Virus record (IMG/VR): IMGVR_UViG_3300033463_000005
Location: 96,001 to 160,000 of that record
Source of the DNA: a virus
Lineage: Duplodnaviria; Caudoviricetes
Direction: 5' to 3' (one strand)
DNA length: 64,000 nucleotides
Part shown: positions 49,412 through 58,300 of the stretch, in pieces
Layout of the letters: every line of letters starts with the position of its first letter
Numbering within the stretch: the stretch's first letter is position 1
The notes under the pieces: model-generated
What the model was told of the DNA's origin: nothing
What the model saw: the letters and a program-made list of their open reading frames with translations, nothing else
The model's database searches: none
Position numbers and translations under genes: made by a program

Positions 49412-49949
49412 TACATCTAATTTCTCCTTAAGGGTCCCACCAACCCGGGATCGAAGAGATCCCTCTGGTCGCAGGCTTGCCAGGAAATACTTTGGTAAAA
49501 GCCTGAATAGTTGCCGGTCTATAAAACCGGAGTAATCGGTATCCTGCTAGAAATAATTCCAATAGCAGGACTCATAAGTCAGTCGCTCGTGGGATTGACA
49601 TGAGATAGGGCACACTACCTAAAACCGAACAAAGAAGCACCGCGCGCACGGCGGTGTGAGTGGTCACGAGAATCCGTTTCCATTGGTGGTGGAATTGCAA
49701 GTGCTCATTGTTGGGATGGTTTGAAACGGCCATGCCCGACCGGGTCGATTTACCCGTAAAACTGTAGGTTGAGATCTACAGTAAAGAGCCTGAGGAGCTG
49801 CTCAACCCCATATGGGGGACCTCACCATGTAAGTTGTGGTGAATGCAAATACAGGGAACGTGCACGCATGAAGTGCATTGTGAACTGTGACAACTTGGAA
49901 AGAATGTATGGGAATGGTGGTGTGGCCAATTCTCATACATTCTTTTTTT
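49383..49949 (+). ncRNA. Large structured non-coding RNA candidate (~560 nt), class unknown
   Basis: No credible ORF; GC higher than flanks; 14 or more hairpins with G-U pairs favouring +; flanked by promoter motif and terminator. Confidence 0.75.
49899..49949 (+). terminator. Terminator of the ncRNA
   Basis: AAAGAATGTATGGGAAT/ATTCTCATACATTCTTT with T-run. Confidence 0.75.
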
Positions 49950-49969
49950 AATTTATTTAAAATATATAA

Positions 49970-49995
49970 AAAGGAGCGCCATCAGGCGCTCCTTT
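49970..49995 (-). terminator. Terminator for the - operon
   Basis: AAAGGAGCGCC-ATCA-GGCGCTCCTTT. Confidence 0.75.
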
Positions 49996-50007
49996 ACAAT
50001 TTATTTT

Positions 50008-50262
50008 TTATTCACGAACCTTTTCGCGTCGAATAATCAACACATCTTTGTGTCCGGATTTCGCAATACCATTCATCCACTCGATATTTTGTTCATGCCT
50101 AATATTATTATTCTCGATACTGGAATAATGTTTCATTAACCATTGATCTAGTGAGGCTTGGGAATCAAATATTTTGATTCGAAGATTTGGATTCTCCAAT
50201 GATGAAGAGTCACGTCCATCACGATTTACAACAAGAATATGAACCGAACGTTCAAAAGCCAT
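50008..50262 (-). CDS. Hypothetical protein
   Basis: Start MAFERSV after GGAG. Confidence 0.6.
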   Translation of the reverse strand: MAFERSVHILVVNRDGRDSSSLENPNLRIKIFDSQASLDQWLMKHYSSIENNNIRHEQNIEWMNGIAKSGHKDVLIIRREKVRE

Positions 50263-50263
50263 A

Positions 50264-50713
50264 TCATTTTCTCCATTTCTGAAATATAAAATGATACATT
50301 GAATGCGATTCATCAAATAGCATAGATCGGATGACGTCATCCAATAAGATTGCAATCGCACTCAATGGAATCCAATATAGCAAAGTATGATGTAAACACA
50401 CTTGTCCATATAGATTTAAAAATCGGTTAGAATAATCCCAAATATTCAAACCTAACTGAATATTTAGTATATATCCGGATATAAATTCTAATGCAGTTAT
50501 GACACATCCACCAATGAGTGTTTGTACTTCAAATAGCATATCTTCTGTATACCATTCATTGATTAATCCAATTATGATGAAACATAATCCACCAACAATA
50601 CCCATGGTCCAATGTGTAAATCCACGAACGGTTGTTTCGATATACATGTATATCAAACCACCAATGATTCCGAGAATGAATTCACGAATTAAGAATCGGA
50701 TTATCTTCACCAT
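50264..50713 (-). CDS. Membrane protein, putative ABC-transporter type IV (CmpB-like) family
   Basis: GGLIY..IE..RG.THWTM..GG; TALEF..G..LN..WDYS..NL.GQVC. Confidence 0.75.
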   Translation of the reverse strand: MVKIIRFLIREFILGIIGGLIYMYIETTVRGFTHWTMGIVGGLCFIIIGLINEWYTEDMLFEVQTLIGGCVITALEFISGYILNIQLGLNIWDYSNRFLNLYGQVCLHHTLLYWIPLSAIAILLDDVIRSMLFDESHSMYHFIFQKWRK

Positions 50714-50806
50714 TCGATGATTGGAAGTCTCCGTCATCATCACTTTGTTCATCTTCGTCTGGTAATGTTTCCGGTTCAATTGGGTCATCTCCAGTCATTT
50801 ACATTG

Positions 50807-51394
50807 TTACATATTATTCCATATTGCATCAATTGCATCACCATCCAAAACAGTAAAAGATGCATCAAGATCATCAACATAATTTGTTATTGCCTGATTC
50901 TCAACTGGATTTGTTGATGATTTTGATACGGATGAATCAACTGTAATAGATTGCGGGGTTTCACAATACAGATCTGTTGATGTATTATTGATCGTGATTG
51001 TTCCCAATTTTGTTCCAGATAATAATGTCGGGGAGAATGAGACAATTGATTTTGAAGCAGCCAAATCATATGCTTGTTTTACAGCAGATGGAGTTGCCGC
51101 TTCTGTTGTTGATGTGGAATTTATAGCTTGTGATAATGGCAAAACTTGGGGTTTGATCGTAATTGTTCCTTCCGGATTTTCTTGTGATGACGGTGTATAT
51201 GTGTACGTTTGTAAATACCATGAATAGATCTTTGCCAATTCCAATGCGGTATTGGTTTTGCCAGATGGATCTAAATTATCCAATAAATGAACAACTTGCT
51301 GATCAATTGTTTTTCGTTTTTGTGGATTATCTAAATCGGTCAGAAACTCAAAGAATACTTGTACGTCGGGGAATCCACGTGCCACATATATCAC
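50807..51394 (-). CDS. Tail fibre-related protein
   Basis: Fibre repeat LSQAINSTSTTEAATPSAVKQAYDLA; STNPVEN motif. Confidence 0.75.
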   Translation of the reverse strand: MIYVARGFPDVQVFFEFLTDLDNPQKRKTIDQQVVHLLDNLDPSGKTNTALELAKIYSWYLQTYTYTPSSQENPEGTITIKPQVLPLSQAINSTSTTEAATPSAVKQAYDLAASKSIVSFSPTLLSGTKLGTITINNTSTDLYCETPQSITVDSSVSKSSTNPVENQAITNYVDDLDASFTVLDGDAIDAIWNNM

Positions 51395-51414
51395 CTCCTT
51401 GTATAAATAGTATA

Positions 51415-52188
51415 TTAATCAAAGAATATACGTGACATCAAACAACAATAATATTCATGATCGCCAACTGTAACAATTGATCCAGTATTGGTTAATTGGT
51501 CAACACATGATGCCATGAATACATGTGGCATATATTTAATATCATTTTGAGAATTATTCCAAACTGGTAGATTGGATAACATTGTTTGCCTTATAGCAGG
51601 TGCCTGTACACTTGTTGATGACGCGCCTTCATTAAAACTTATATCAACAACTCGGTATTGTGCAGATGTTGTATCACCATCTTTTGTTAAAGTAGCTAAT
51701 GAACCTGGATAAATGCTAAATGAGGAATTATACACCGCTCCTTTGTTATAAAATGCACAAACTTCTCCATGATTATCAGTTGTAATAATCATGACATTTG
51801 TTGTGAGTATACAACCACTGGCAACTGCTGTTGGCCAATAAATTACAGCAATACAATTATCAGAACATACAATTCTGAAATTTGCATTGTGATTAGTACC
51901 ACTATAATAGTCTAATATTTGAGACAGATATTGTGAATTAGTAAATGATGTAATGTTAAGATAACATGGGGAAGTATAGTTATATCTGACCTGGAAATCT
52001 ATTCGACCATTATTTGATATGGCGGTATATAAATTAAATACTAAAAACCACCAGGTACCATTAGTTGTATCCGCATATACATTGACACTAGATAATGATT
52101 CTGGTTTATTTGCATTTATAAATGTACTCATATCTTCGACTTGCTGTGTGTTCGTAATATTTAAAAATTCACGTGTCACAAATGCCAT
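51415..52188 (-). CDS. Hypothetical tail-cluster protein
   Basis: 257 aa, AT-rich, GGAGGT RBS. Confidence 0.65.
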   Translation of the reverse strand: MAFVTREFLNITNTQQVEDMSTFINANKPESLSSVNVYADTTNGTWWFLVFNLYTAISNNGRIDFQVRYNYTSPCYLNITSFTNSQYLSQILDYYSGTNHNANFRIVCSDNCIAVIYWPTAVASGCILTTNVMIITTDNHGEVCAFYNKGAVYNSSFSIYPGSLATLTKDGDTTSAQYRVVDISFNEGASSTSVQAPAIRQTMLSNLPVWNNSQNDIKYMPHVFMASCVDQLTNTGSIVTVGDHEYYCCLMSRIFFD

Positions 52189-52203
52189 ATTATTTCACCT
52201 CCA

Positions 52204-53355
52204 TTATGATGATGGGATTGTCATATGACCCATTACATTTGTTACAATGCCATTTTCATACAATGGAATCGTATGTCCAATCGGTTGTGTTAATTCGGGT
52301 TCTGGTGGTGTTGGTGGATCCACCATTGGATTATTATTGCACAGAAACCATATCTGACCTAATGCAGCAAATGGATCGATATCATATGAAAATTCATTTT
52401 TGGTCACAGTTATTGCACCAGGTGTTTCTTCTGATAATTGAACATCAGTTACACCACTGGCACCAACAGATTTCCATGTTCCATCAGATGCAAGAAATGT
52501 ATCAACATCTTCAGTTGTTGGTGCAGGGACCAAACCACGTACACCGTCTTCTTCACCATCTGTACCAACAAAATCATCATAATTTTCTAATGATGCAAGC
52601 TTCGTCTTTTCTTCCGTTGTATAAGATGCCGTGGTTGCATCCAACACAACAATGTTGTCATGTTTATGCGCCCAATCCACAACAGGTTGCGTGACCTGAT
52701 CTAATACTGCTTTATTCGTATGCGTATGTACATCATCCACAACTTCTTGGGTGACTTGATCCAATACTGCTTTATTGGAATGCGTATGGGAATCATCCAC
52801 CACAGATTGTGTGACTTGGTTTAATACATTCATATTGGAATGCGTATGTGCAACTGATTCCAATGATTGTAATCGTGGATATACTTCGGACTTTTTACAA
52901 TATTCCGATAAGTCGACATCTACAATTCCAGTGACACAAATCCATTTATTCCCATTCCATAAATATGTAAATGGATCATCACCATCAGGATTTCGAACAA
53001 ATCGAACATCACCCTGTGAGTTTCCTGTGGAAGGTAATGTTTCTTTGGATGGATATTCATTAATAGATTTAATGGACATATAATCCAAATTTTTGATGAT
53101 TTGATCAATTTCTTGTTTGGTATAATAATTGGATAAATCTCCACCATCACCACCGACATATGGTAATTGTGAATAGTATTTATTTCCTTCACCGATTTTC
53201 AATTTGGTTTTGTAATCGGTTGTTAATTCAATACACAAACAACCACGTGGAACAATCCAGTTGGCAATTGCACGGTCATTCCATTGTGCTGTTGTTTTTA
53301 CAATATGCATATGGGAATCGGGTGCTGGATTGACTGCTTGTGACATATGATACAC
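52204..53355 (-). CDS. Tail fibre with Mtd_N/hyaluronidase-like N-domain and HxH repeats
   Basis: TTAQW..G..CIE..KLKIGEG..YSQLPY; four HxHxN..VL repeats; GLVPAP. Confidence 0.75.
   Translation of the reverse strand: MYHMSQAVNPAPDSHMHIVKTTAQWNDRAIANWIVPRGCLCIELTTDYKTKLKIGEGNKYYSQLPYVGGDGGDLSNYYTKQEIDQIIKNLDYMSIKSINEYPSKETLPSTGNSQGDVRFVRNPDGDDPFTYLWNGNKWICVTGIVDVDLSEYCKKSEVYPRLQSLESVAHTHSNMNVLNQVTQSVVDDSHTHSNKAVLDQVTQEVVDDVHTHTNKAVLDQVTQPVVDWAHKHDNIVVLDATTASYTTEEKTKLASLENYDDFVGTDGEEDGVRGLVPAPTTEDVDTFLASDGTWKSVGASGVTDVQLSEETPGAITVTKNEFSYDIDPFAALGQIWFLCNNNPMVDPPTPPEPELTQPIGHTIPLYENGIVTNVMGHMTIPSS
52631..52850 (-). repeat. 60-bp coding tandem repeat (~3.7 units)
   Basis: GTGAC(T/C)TG..AATAC..ATGCGTATG recurs every 60 nt, encoding units such as HTHSNKAVLDQVTQEVVDDV. 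Confidence 0.9.
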
Positions 53356-53370
53356 CTCCTTCTACACCAA

Positions 53371-53449
53371 GTTACAAAACCGTTTTCATTGTGGGGCATA
53401 TGCCCCACTTTCTATAATTTTAAAATTTAAGATTTATATTATTAATATG
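53371..53449. promoter_or_regulatory. Divergent late (-) and early (+) motifs separated by a GCATATGC palindrome
   Basis: AAAC-GGTTTTG-TAAC (-, 53371-53385); GTGGGGCATATGCCCCAC (53391-53408); TTTATATTATTAATATG (+, 53433-53449). Confidence 0.6.
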
Positions 53450-53506
53450 AACTAAACATACGATATTATTTGTGTATCTCATGGCAAATGATATTGTCTT
53501 TTTAAC

Positions 53507-53956
53507 ATGAGAAGAAACCTGGAGGGATCTATGATGATCATCAGAGACCTTTATATCACCCCGTCAATTGAGGAAAATGGTGATATCGATATCACTATCG
53601 AAAAAACCAAAGCAAGAGGAGAAGATTGTCCGCCTTCTTCCTGGATCGTTCATCTTGAATGGACGGTGAATTCTACATCATATGATGTTGAGTTCTTTAT
53701 CGGCAATTGGAAAATTGCCTGGGTATCGCCAGAAGATGACGATACCGACATAAGTATGGCTGTTGGCATCCACAACACTTATGTTGATATGCTCGAATTA
53801 ATCGGGCGTGAAATCAAGGACCATATGAATTGGTTGTCCCCATTGACAGGTGGGGACAAGATTGGTGATGTTATTATTGATCACAACAATAATTATATCC
53901 CGACCATGATTGCTAATGAGGCAATCAAAAGACTCCATGAATATGGGGTCTTGTAA
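53507..53956 (+). CDS. Hypothetical early protein
   Basis: Isolated + ORF below an early motif; true start probably ~53531. Confidence 0.7.
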   Translation: MRRNLEGSMMIIRDLYITPSIEENGDIDITIEKTKARGEDCPPSSWIVHLEWTVNSTSYDVEFFIGNWKIAWVSPEDDDTDISMAVGIHNTYVDMLELIGREIKDHMNWLSPLTGGDKIGDVIIDHNNNYIPTMIANEAIKRLHEYGVL

Positions 53957-53965
53957 TGAATATGG

Positions 53966-54001
53966 GAATGGGGCGCTTAATGCGCCCCATTCATTTTTTT
54001 T
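53966..54001. terminator. Terminator between convergent genes
   Basis: GAATGGGGCGC-TTAAT-GCGCCCCATTC with T-run on +. Confidence 0.8.
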
Positions 54002-54046
54002 GTTAAATTGGTTTTGATGTCAAACTTTGATGGATGATATTGTGGC

Positions 54047-57000
54047 TCACTTATAAACAGGGGAGGCGCCGATGTGCCAAGCCGAGAGGGACGCCGCGGT
54101 ATACACATTAACATACCGCAAGCCGGAGTAAGCATCGTTGTCACAGTAACCACCGCGAATGGCGACGCGAACACCAGATTGATTCTGATAGAAATAATCA
54201 CAATAGTATGTCGATTGTGTGCCACCAACAACCGTCGGCAAACTTCCAAACTGTGTAGATACTTCTGTCTTGATGTAGTTGTTCGATGTCGGTGATTGCG
54301 CAACAGATGTACTGATTGCGGTATATCCTTCTCCGGTAAGATTGTACGCGGGATGCTCTTTGATCTTATAGATACCGGCATCAAGAATAAGACCAAGCTC
54401 TATATCCCATCTTTCAGCCCAGAGTGCTTCCATGCCGAAGCACTTGACTTGTGAAGTGGTGGTGGAATATCCAAAGAACTTGCCCTTGTCATTGAGCGTT
54501 CCACAGTTAAGGAAATCAGATGCAGAATTTCCGCCGGTAGAATGCCCTTGACCGAACTTGCCTTGCGTGTCAAGGCTCTTGCTGATAAGCGTGAGCAGGT
54601 CACAAAGCATTTCTTTCGACGTGTAGTCCCAAATCTGCCAACCTGTTCCAAGTGCGGACGCGGCATCGACTTCCTGCTGCGCGGTTGTGCCTGATTGTGG
54701 TTTCACTCCAGATATAGACCGCAGTTTGCCATCAACCATTGACCCTTTGTAGATCGGCAGATAAATATACGGCTTCACAACACCGTTTGCGTCCTCGTGT
54801 GCATAAGCATGGAAATCACTATCAAGCTGTCTGTCTGAAATCTCGATGTAGTTGTAGCTGCCATCGTCTGTGCGCTTTATCCACACGGTCGGGAACGCGA
54901 TCATGGCGTTCATTGATTTCGTGGAATCGGCAATATCAGACGCGGTTCCATCGAGTTTCTTTGAGTAATCGTTCGGGTCAATGTCATATGCTTCCGTGCC
55001 GTCGAAATTGAGCATGACAGGACGAGCGTTCTTGATAAACCAGACATTTTCCCAAGAACCGTAGTCGAACACACCGTTTGCGAAATCCATTCCTGCCGGT
55101 GTCATTGTTACAGCATCATGCGTATAGATGACTGCATTAGACGGATCAGAAACAGACTTGTCGATCTTGAAGCCGAAATGGACAGGTTTCGCGTGTACTT
55201 TTACAGTCATAGAAGACGGCGCTATCGTTGTTCCCACAGAAATTGTCGTTGTTCCGTCATTAGTCGGCAAAGTAACACCCGCCTGCTCGCTTGTGAGCGT
55301 GTCCACATAGCTGCCGATTTTCATCAATGGCTCGTTGACTATGCCGGTCTGCTCGTTTGCTAGGACGTACCAGACGGTGACGGGCGTGCCGGCGGCGTAT
55401 TGACTTGCAAGATATGTTTTCCACGCGTCCGTTGTCTGAACAGTTCCAGTAGAAAATGCAAGCCATTTCTGCGTCGATGCAACGCCAACGCCTACAAATA
55501 AACCGTCGTAAATAACATTAAACGGTTTCGATTCATAGTGGGTAGATATTGCTTCCCCACCAACAAGAATATCACTTGCTACGATATAGAATGATTTACC
55601 CGAGGTTCCAAGTTCAGACCAGCTCTCCGTCCCATACAGCACCAACTTCTTAATCCTTCTCGTCGTCTGCACTCTGCCAAGATAGACATTCTGCGTCTGT
55701 CCGGCGGATGTGAGGGAGATTTTATATCCATCGGTTAAAACCACATCGCCGATGGTGCAGACGAAAACAATATTGGCATCGCAGAAAATCACTGACGCAT
55801 AGACTTCTTCGGAGCCATTGTACGATGTACGCCAGACGCCATCTGATGTAATCGTTACAGATGTGCCGGGTACAATCTGATTTCCAGAAACTCTTCGGAA
55901 GCAGATTCTGAATTTTCCGTTTGAGTAAAGCCCCGCAGAGCCATTACTAACTTTTACCTGGAAATACGTCGTTTTGTATGTTGGAATCTCATCTGTCAAA
56001 TTAAATGCAAGGTAGTTTGTTCCGGTTGATAATGTAGATTCTACGGAAAAAGTTCCGTCAGAATTTTCTGTAACAGTGAAAACAGGGCTGTTTTGTCTCC
56101 ATCCGCCAGACCATCCGTTTATTTCATCCCCACACCCGTCCACCGAAACCGGCGCATCCTGTGCAGGTGTGCCGGACTGAACTGCGTTGCCGTCAATAGA
56201 CCAGCTCTTAACCGGCAAGCCATATCCTCTCACAGAGATAGACGATGTTCCGGTGAAGGTGTCAGCTCTGCCCCATGCGATTGCATAAGCTCCTGTGTCA
56301 AGAGAATATGTGCCGCCTTGTTCGGGGGTTCCGTTTGCGGTAGGATAGATGGGGTTTGTCGGGGATGGTGTTCCGGTTTGAGTTAGGAAACCTTCGACTG
56401 TGCCTGTGAGGTTTGAGGGGACTGTGATTGTTTCTGTGGTGGGGGTGGCTAGGACGTACCAGACGGTGACGGGCGTGCCGGCGGCGTATTGGTCGGCAAG
56501 GTAGGTTTTAAAAGCGTCTGCTGTCGAAAATACTGTGTCTTTGAACCTAAGACCGCTACCGCCATCAGATGTGTGCCATGACAAAAATTCTGAATACTGT
56601 CCTCCGTGTTGCGCCCATTCCGCATTTGAAATTGACACAAAATGCGAGCAGCACCAGAAAATGTCTGATGTTTCCGGTAGCGTCATCGGTTGTGTCAGGA
56701 TTAGTTTAAACGGTGCAGACGATCCGAGTTGATATGTCACCGTTTCCTGCCCCGTCAGTACCAGCTTCTTAATCTTTCTCGTCAACCCACCACTAGACAA
56801 ATCCAGTGTATCCTTATATGTGCTGATTCCACACAGTGGGTTTGTGAGACCGTGGAGGATGACTCTGGTTTTTGCTTCCCATGCTTCTTTGGTGATGCGG
56901 TAAGGAACGTATTGTGATGGTGCTATAGATCCTTCAACAACCATCATTGTATCAATGCATTGTTGAATCTCTTCCGCAGTATTTGAATCTGTTCCAGCAT

Positions 57001-57727
57001 GCTTCGCATAATATACGACAATATATGCACTATCTGCAGCAGATGTAGTTGTAATAGAATATGCGTCGGAATCAAAAACTGCACCAGATACAACCTGATC
57101 TTTATACAGAGGAAAACTGTCGACAAATCCAACAGTGAACCGGTGCAGAATAACCTGTCGTGATACGGTATATATTGTATTTGGTTTACATGGTAGCACG
57201 AACATATCACAATTTACTGATGCAACAACTTTTGTTGTGATGTACCAGTCTCCACCACTGACAATATTATTCTTATCGAACAAATTTTCTGTCCGTGCTT
57301 TTACATAAACATGATCCAGTGGCTTCTCAATACGGTATGGTTCATAAGGTAATGCTGTAGTTCCTGTATTAATCATTAACTGAAAATCATCATCTAGCTC
57401 AGGCATAGAACCGTCTGAACGCTTAATTACAACTGCAATATATGGTGATGTTCCTTGATATGAAGTAACCCATGATGTATATTCTTTTGTATATAATTGA
57501 TTTGAATCAAAGAAGCACAAGAACACGTTGAAATTAGAATTAATTGTTAAACTAAATTCACCGTTTGTTTTTATCAAGTATATACTTCTTAAACGCGTTG
57601 TGCCAGGTGTATCTTTTTTCAATTGTTCGTATGTGGCACCAACAGCTGTAGCCTGTTCTGCAACAGTTCCACGCTCTATACTTTTTTCATCAAATAGATT
57701 ATTTGTTCTTGCCCATAAATGAGACAT
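54047..57727 (-). CDS. Mosaic receptor-binding/tail fibre protein with C-terminal CLec-like DGR-target-type domain
   Basis: Repeated NLFD..Y.PY and YAAGTPVTVWYVLA modules; ends VAIRGGYCDNDAYSGLRYVNVYTAASLSAWHIGAS. Confidence 0.8.
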   Translation of the reverse strand: MSHLWARTNNLFDEKSIERGTVAEQATAVGATYEQLKKDTPGTTRLRSIYLIKTNGEFSLTINSNFNVFLCFFDSNQLYTKEYTSWVTSYQGTSPYIAVVIKRSDGSMPELDDDFQLMINTGTTALPYEPYRIEKPLDHVYVKARTENLFDKNNIVSGGDWYITTKVVASVNCDMFVLPCKPNTIYTVSRQVILHRFTVGFVDSFPLYKDQVVSGAVFDSDAYSITTTSAADSAYIVVYYAKHAGTDSNTAEEIQQCIDTMMVVEGSIAPSQYVPYRITKEAWEAKTRVILHGLTNPLCGISTYKDTLDLSSGGLTRKIKKLVLTGQETVTYQLGSSAPFKLILTQPMTLPETSDIFWCCSHFVSISNAEWAQHGGQYSEFLSWHTSDGGSGLRFKDTVFSTADAFKTYLADQYAAGTPVTVWYVLATPTTETITVPSNLTGTVEGFLTQTGTPSPTNPIYPTANGTPEQGGTYSLDTGAYAIAWGRADTFTGTSSISVRGYGLPVKSWSIDGNAVQSGTPAQDAPVSVDGCGDEINGWSGGWRQNSPVFTVTENSDGTFSVESTLSTGTNYLAFNLTDEIPTYKTTYFQVKVSNGSAGLYSNGKFRICFRRVSGNQIVPGTSVTITSDGVWRTSYNGSEEVYASVIFCDANIVFVCTIGDVVLTDGYKISLTSAGQTQNVYLGRVQTTRRIKKLVLYGTESWSELGTSGKSFYIVASDILVGGEAISTHYESKPFNVIYDGLFVGVGVASTQKWLAFSTGTVQTTDAWKTYLASQYAAGTPVTVWYVLANEQTGIVNEPLMKIGSYVDTLTSEQAGVTLPTNDGTTTISVGTTIAPSSMTVKVHAKPVHFGFKIDKSVSDPSNAVIYTHDAVTMTPAGMDFANGVFDYGSWENVWFIKNARPVMLNFDGTEAYDIDPNDYSKKLDGTASDIADSTKSMNAMIAFPTVWIKRTDDGSYNYIEISDRQLDSDFHAYAHEDANGVVKPYIYLPIYKGSMVDGKLRSISGVKPQSGTTAQQEVDAASALGTGWQIWDYTSKEMLCDLLTLISKSLDTQGKFGQGHSTGGNSASDFLNCGTLNDKGKFFGYSTTTSQVKCFGMEALWAERWDIELGLILDAGIYKIKEHPAYNLTGEGYTAISTSVAQSPTSNNYIKTEVSTQFGSLPTVVGGTQSTYYCDYFYQNQSGVRVAIRGGYCDNDAYSGLRYVNVYTAASLSAWHIGASPVYK
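55359..55402. repeat. 44-bp perfect direct repeat, copy 1
   Basis: GCTAGGACGTACCAGACGGTGACGGGCGTGCCGGCGGCGTATTG. Confidence 0.9.
56448..56491. repeat. 44-bp perfect direct repeat, copy 2
   Basis: Identical to 55359-55402. Confidence 0.9.
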
Positions 57728-57740
57728 TGATGTTCACCTC

Positions 57741-58055
57741 TCAATCATAGGTAAAGTAGACGTCTGCAGTTTTCGTTGCAAGTTGTGAATATGCGGTTTC
57801 AGACATAATTTCACCAACAATCGTTGTTTTCAAATTACCACTGGCATCTGTTGTCAAACCATCGCCGACTTTCACACCCACAACATTACTTGCGAGACTA
57901 ATTGCAGTTCCGGTAGTTAATGCATCTTGTTTTCCGTTTACAACGGTCTGTATATTTGATATGGCATTTGATTGGGTTTCCAGCTCATCTTTCGTAATCC
58001 CAATCAATGTTTTAATAGCATCTTCTGATACTACTTTTTTATCAGGAAATTGCAT
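57741..58055 (-). CDS. Short fibre adaptor-like protein
   Basis: Start MQFPDKK after GAGGT; KQDALT.G, VGDGL, YSQLATK motifs. Confidence 0.65.
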   Translation of the reverse strand: MQFPDKKVVSEDAIKTLIGITKDELETQSNAISNIQTVVNGKQDALTTGTAISLASNVVGVKVGDGLTTDASGNLKTTIVGEIMSETAYSQLATKTADVYFTYD

Positions 58056-58101
58056 AATACATACCTCTCTTTCAAGATTTTCGTGCATGATATGTTGCAC
58101 G

Positions 58102-58140
58102 GTTATTGAAACGTTTTGTGCATGTACAAACATTTCTATA
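58102..58140. promoter_or_regulatory. Back-to-back late-type motifs for the fibre genes (-) and the DGR RNA/RT (+)
   Basis: AAAC-GTTTCAA-TAAC (-, 58102-58116); AAAC-ATTTCTA-TA (+, 58128-58140). Confidence 0.5.
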
Positions 58141-58300
58141 GCACTAATCGTGTGAATCGGATCAGATGCTATAATAGCAACCATCATATATCCGTTGGTT
58201 TGAATGGATTTTCGTATATCCATACCGAACGTGGTCCATATCGCATTTATATTAAATATTTTATTTTATGAACAAGGGACATTTTTACACAAATAAAAAA

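Noticed and set aside
49431-49442. TCCCACCA as a tRNA or tmRNA acceptor end
   Set aside because: No T-arm or cloverleaf; no tRNA recognised anywhere in the window.
49769-49951. 60-aa ORF inside the structured region
   Set aside because: TTG start without RBS, and it runs through the terminator stem.
50684-50798. 38-aa acidic ORF (MTGDDPIEP...) after the 50807 gene
   Set aside because: No clear RBS and overlaps the next gene; may be real or a detached C-terminus but is unsupported.
52631-52850. 60-bp periodic repeat as a CRISPR array
   Set aside because: In-frame coding repeat, degenerate at wobble positions, no unique spacers or cas genes.
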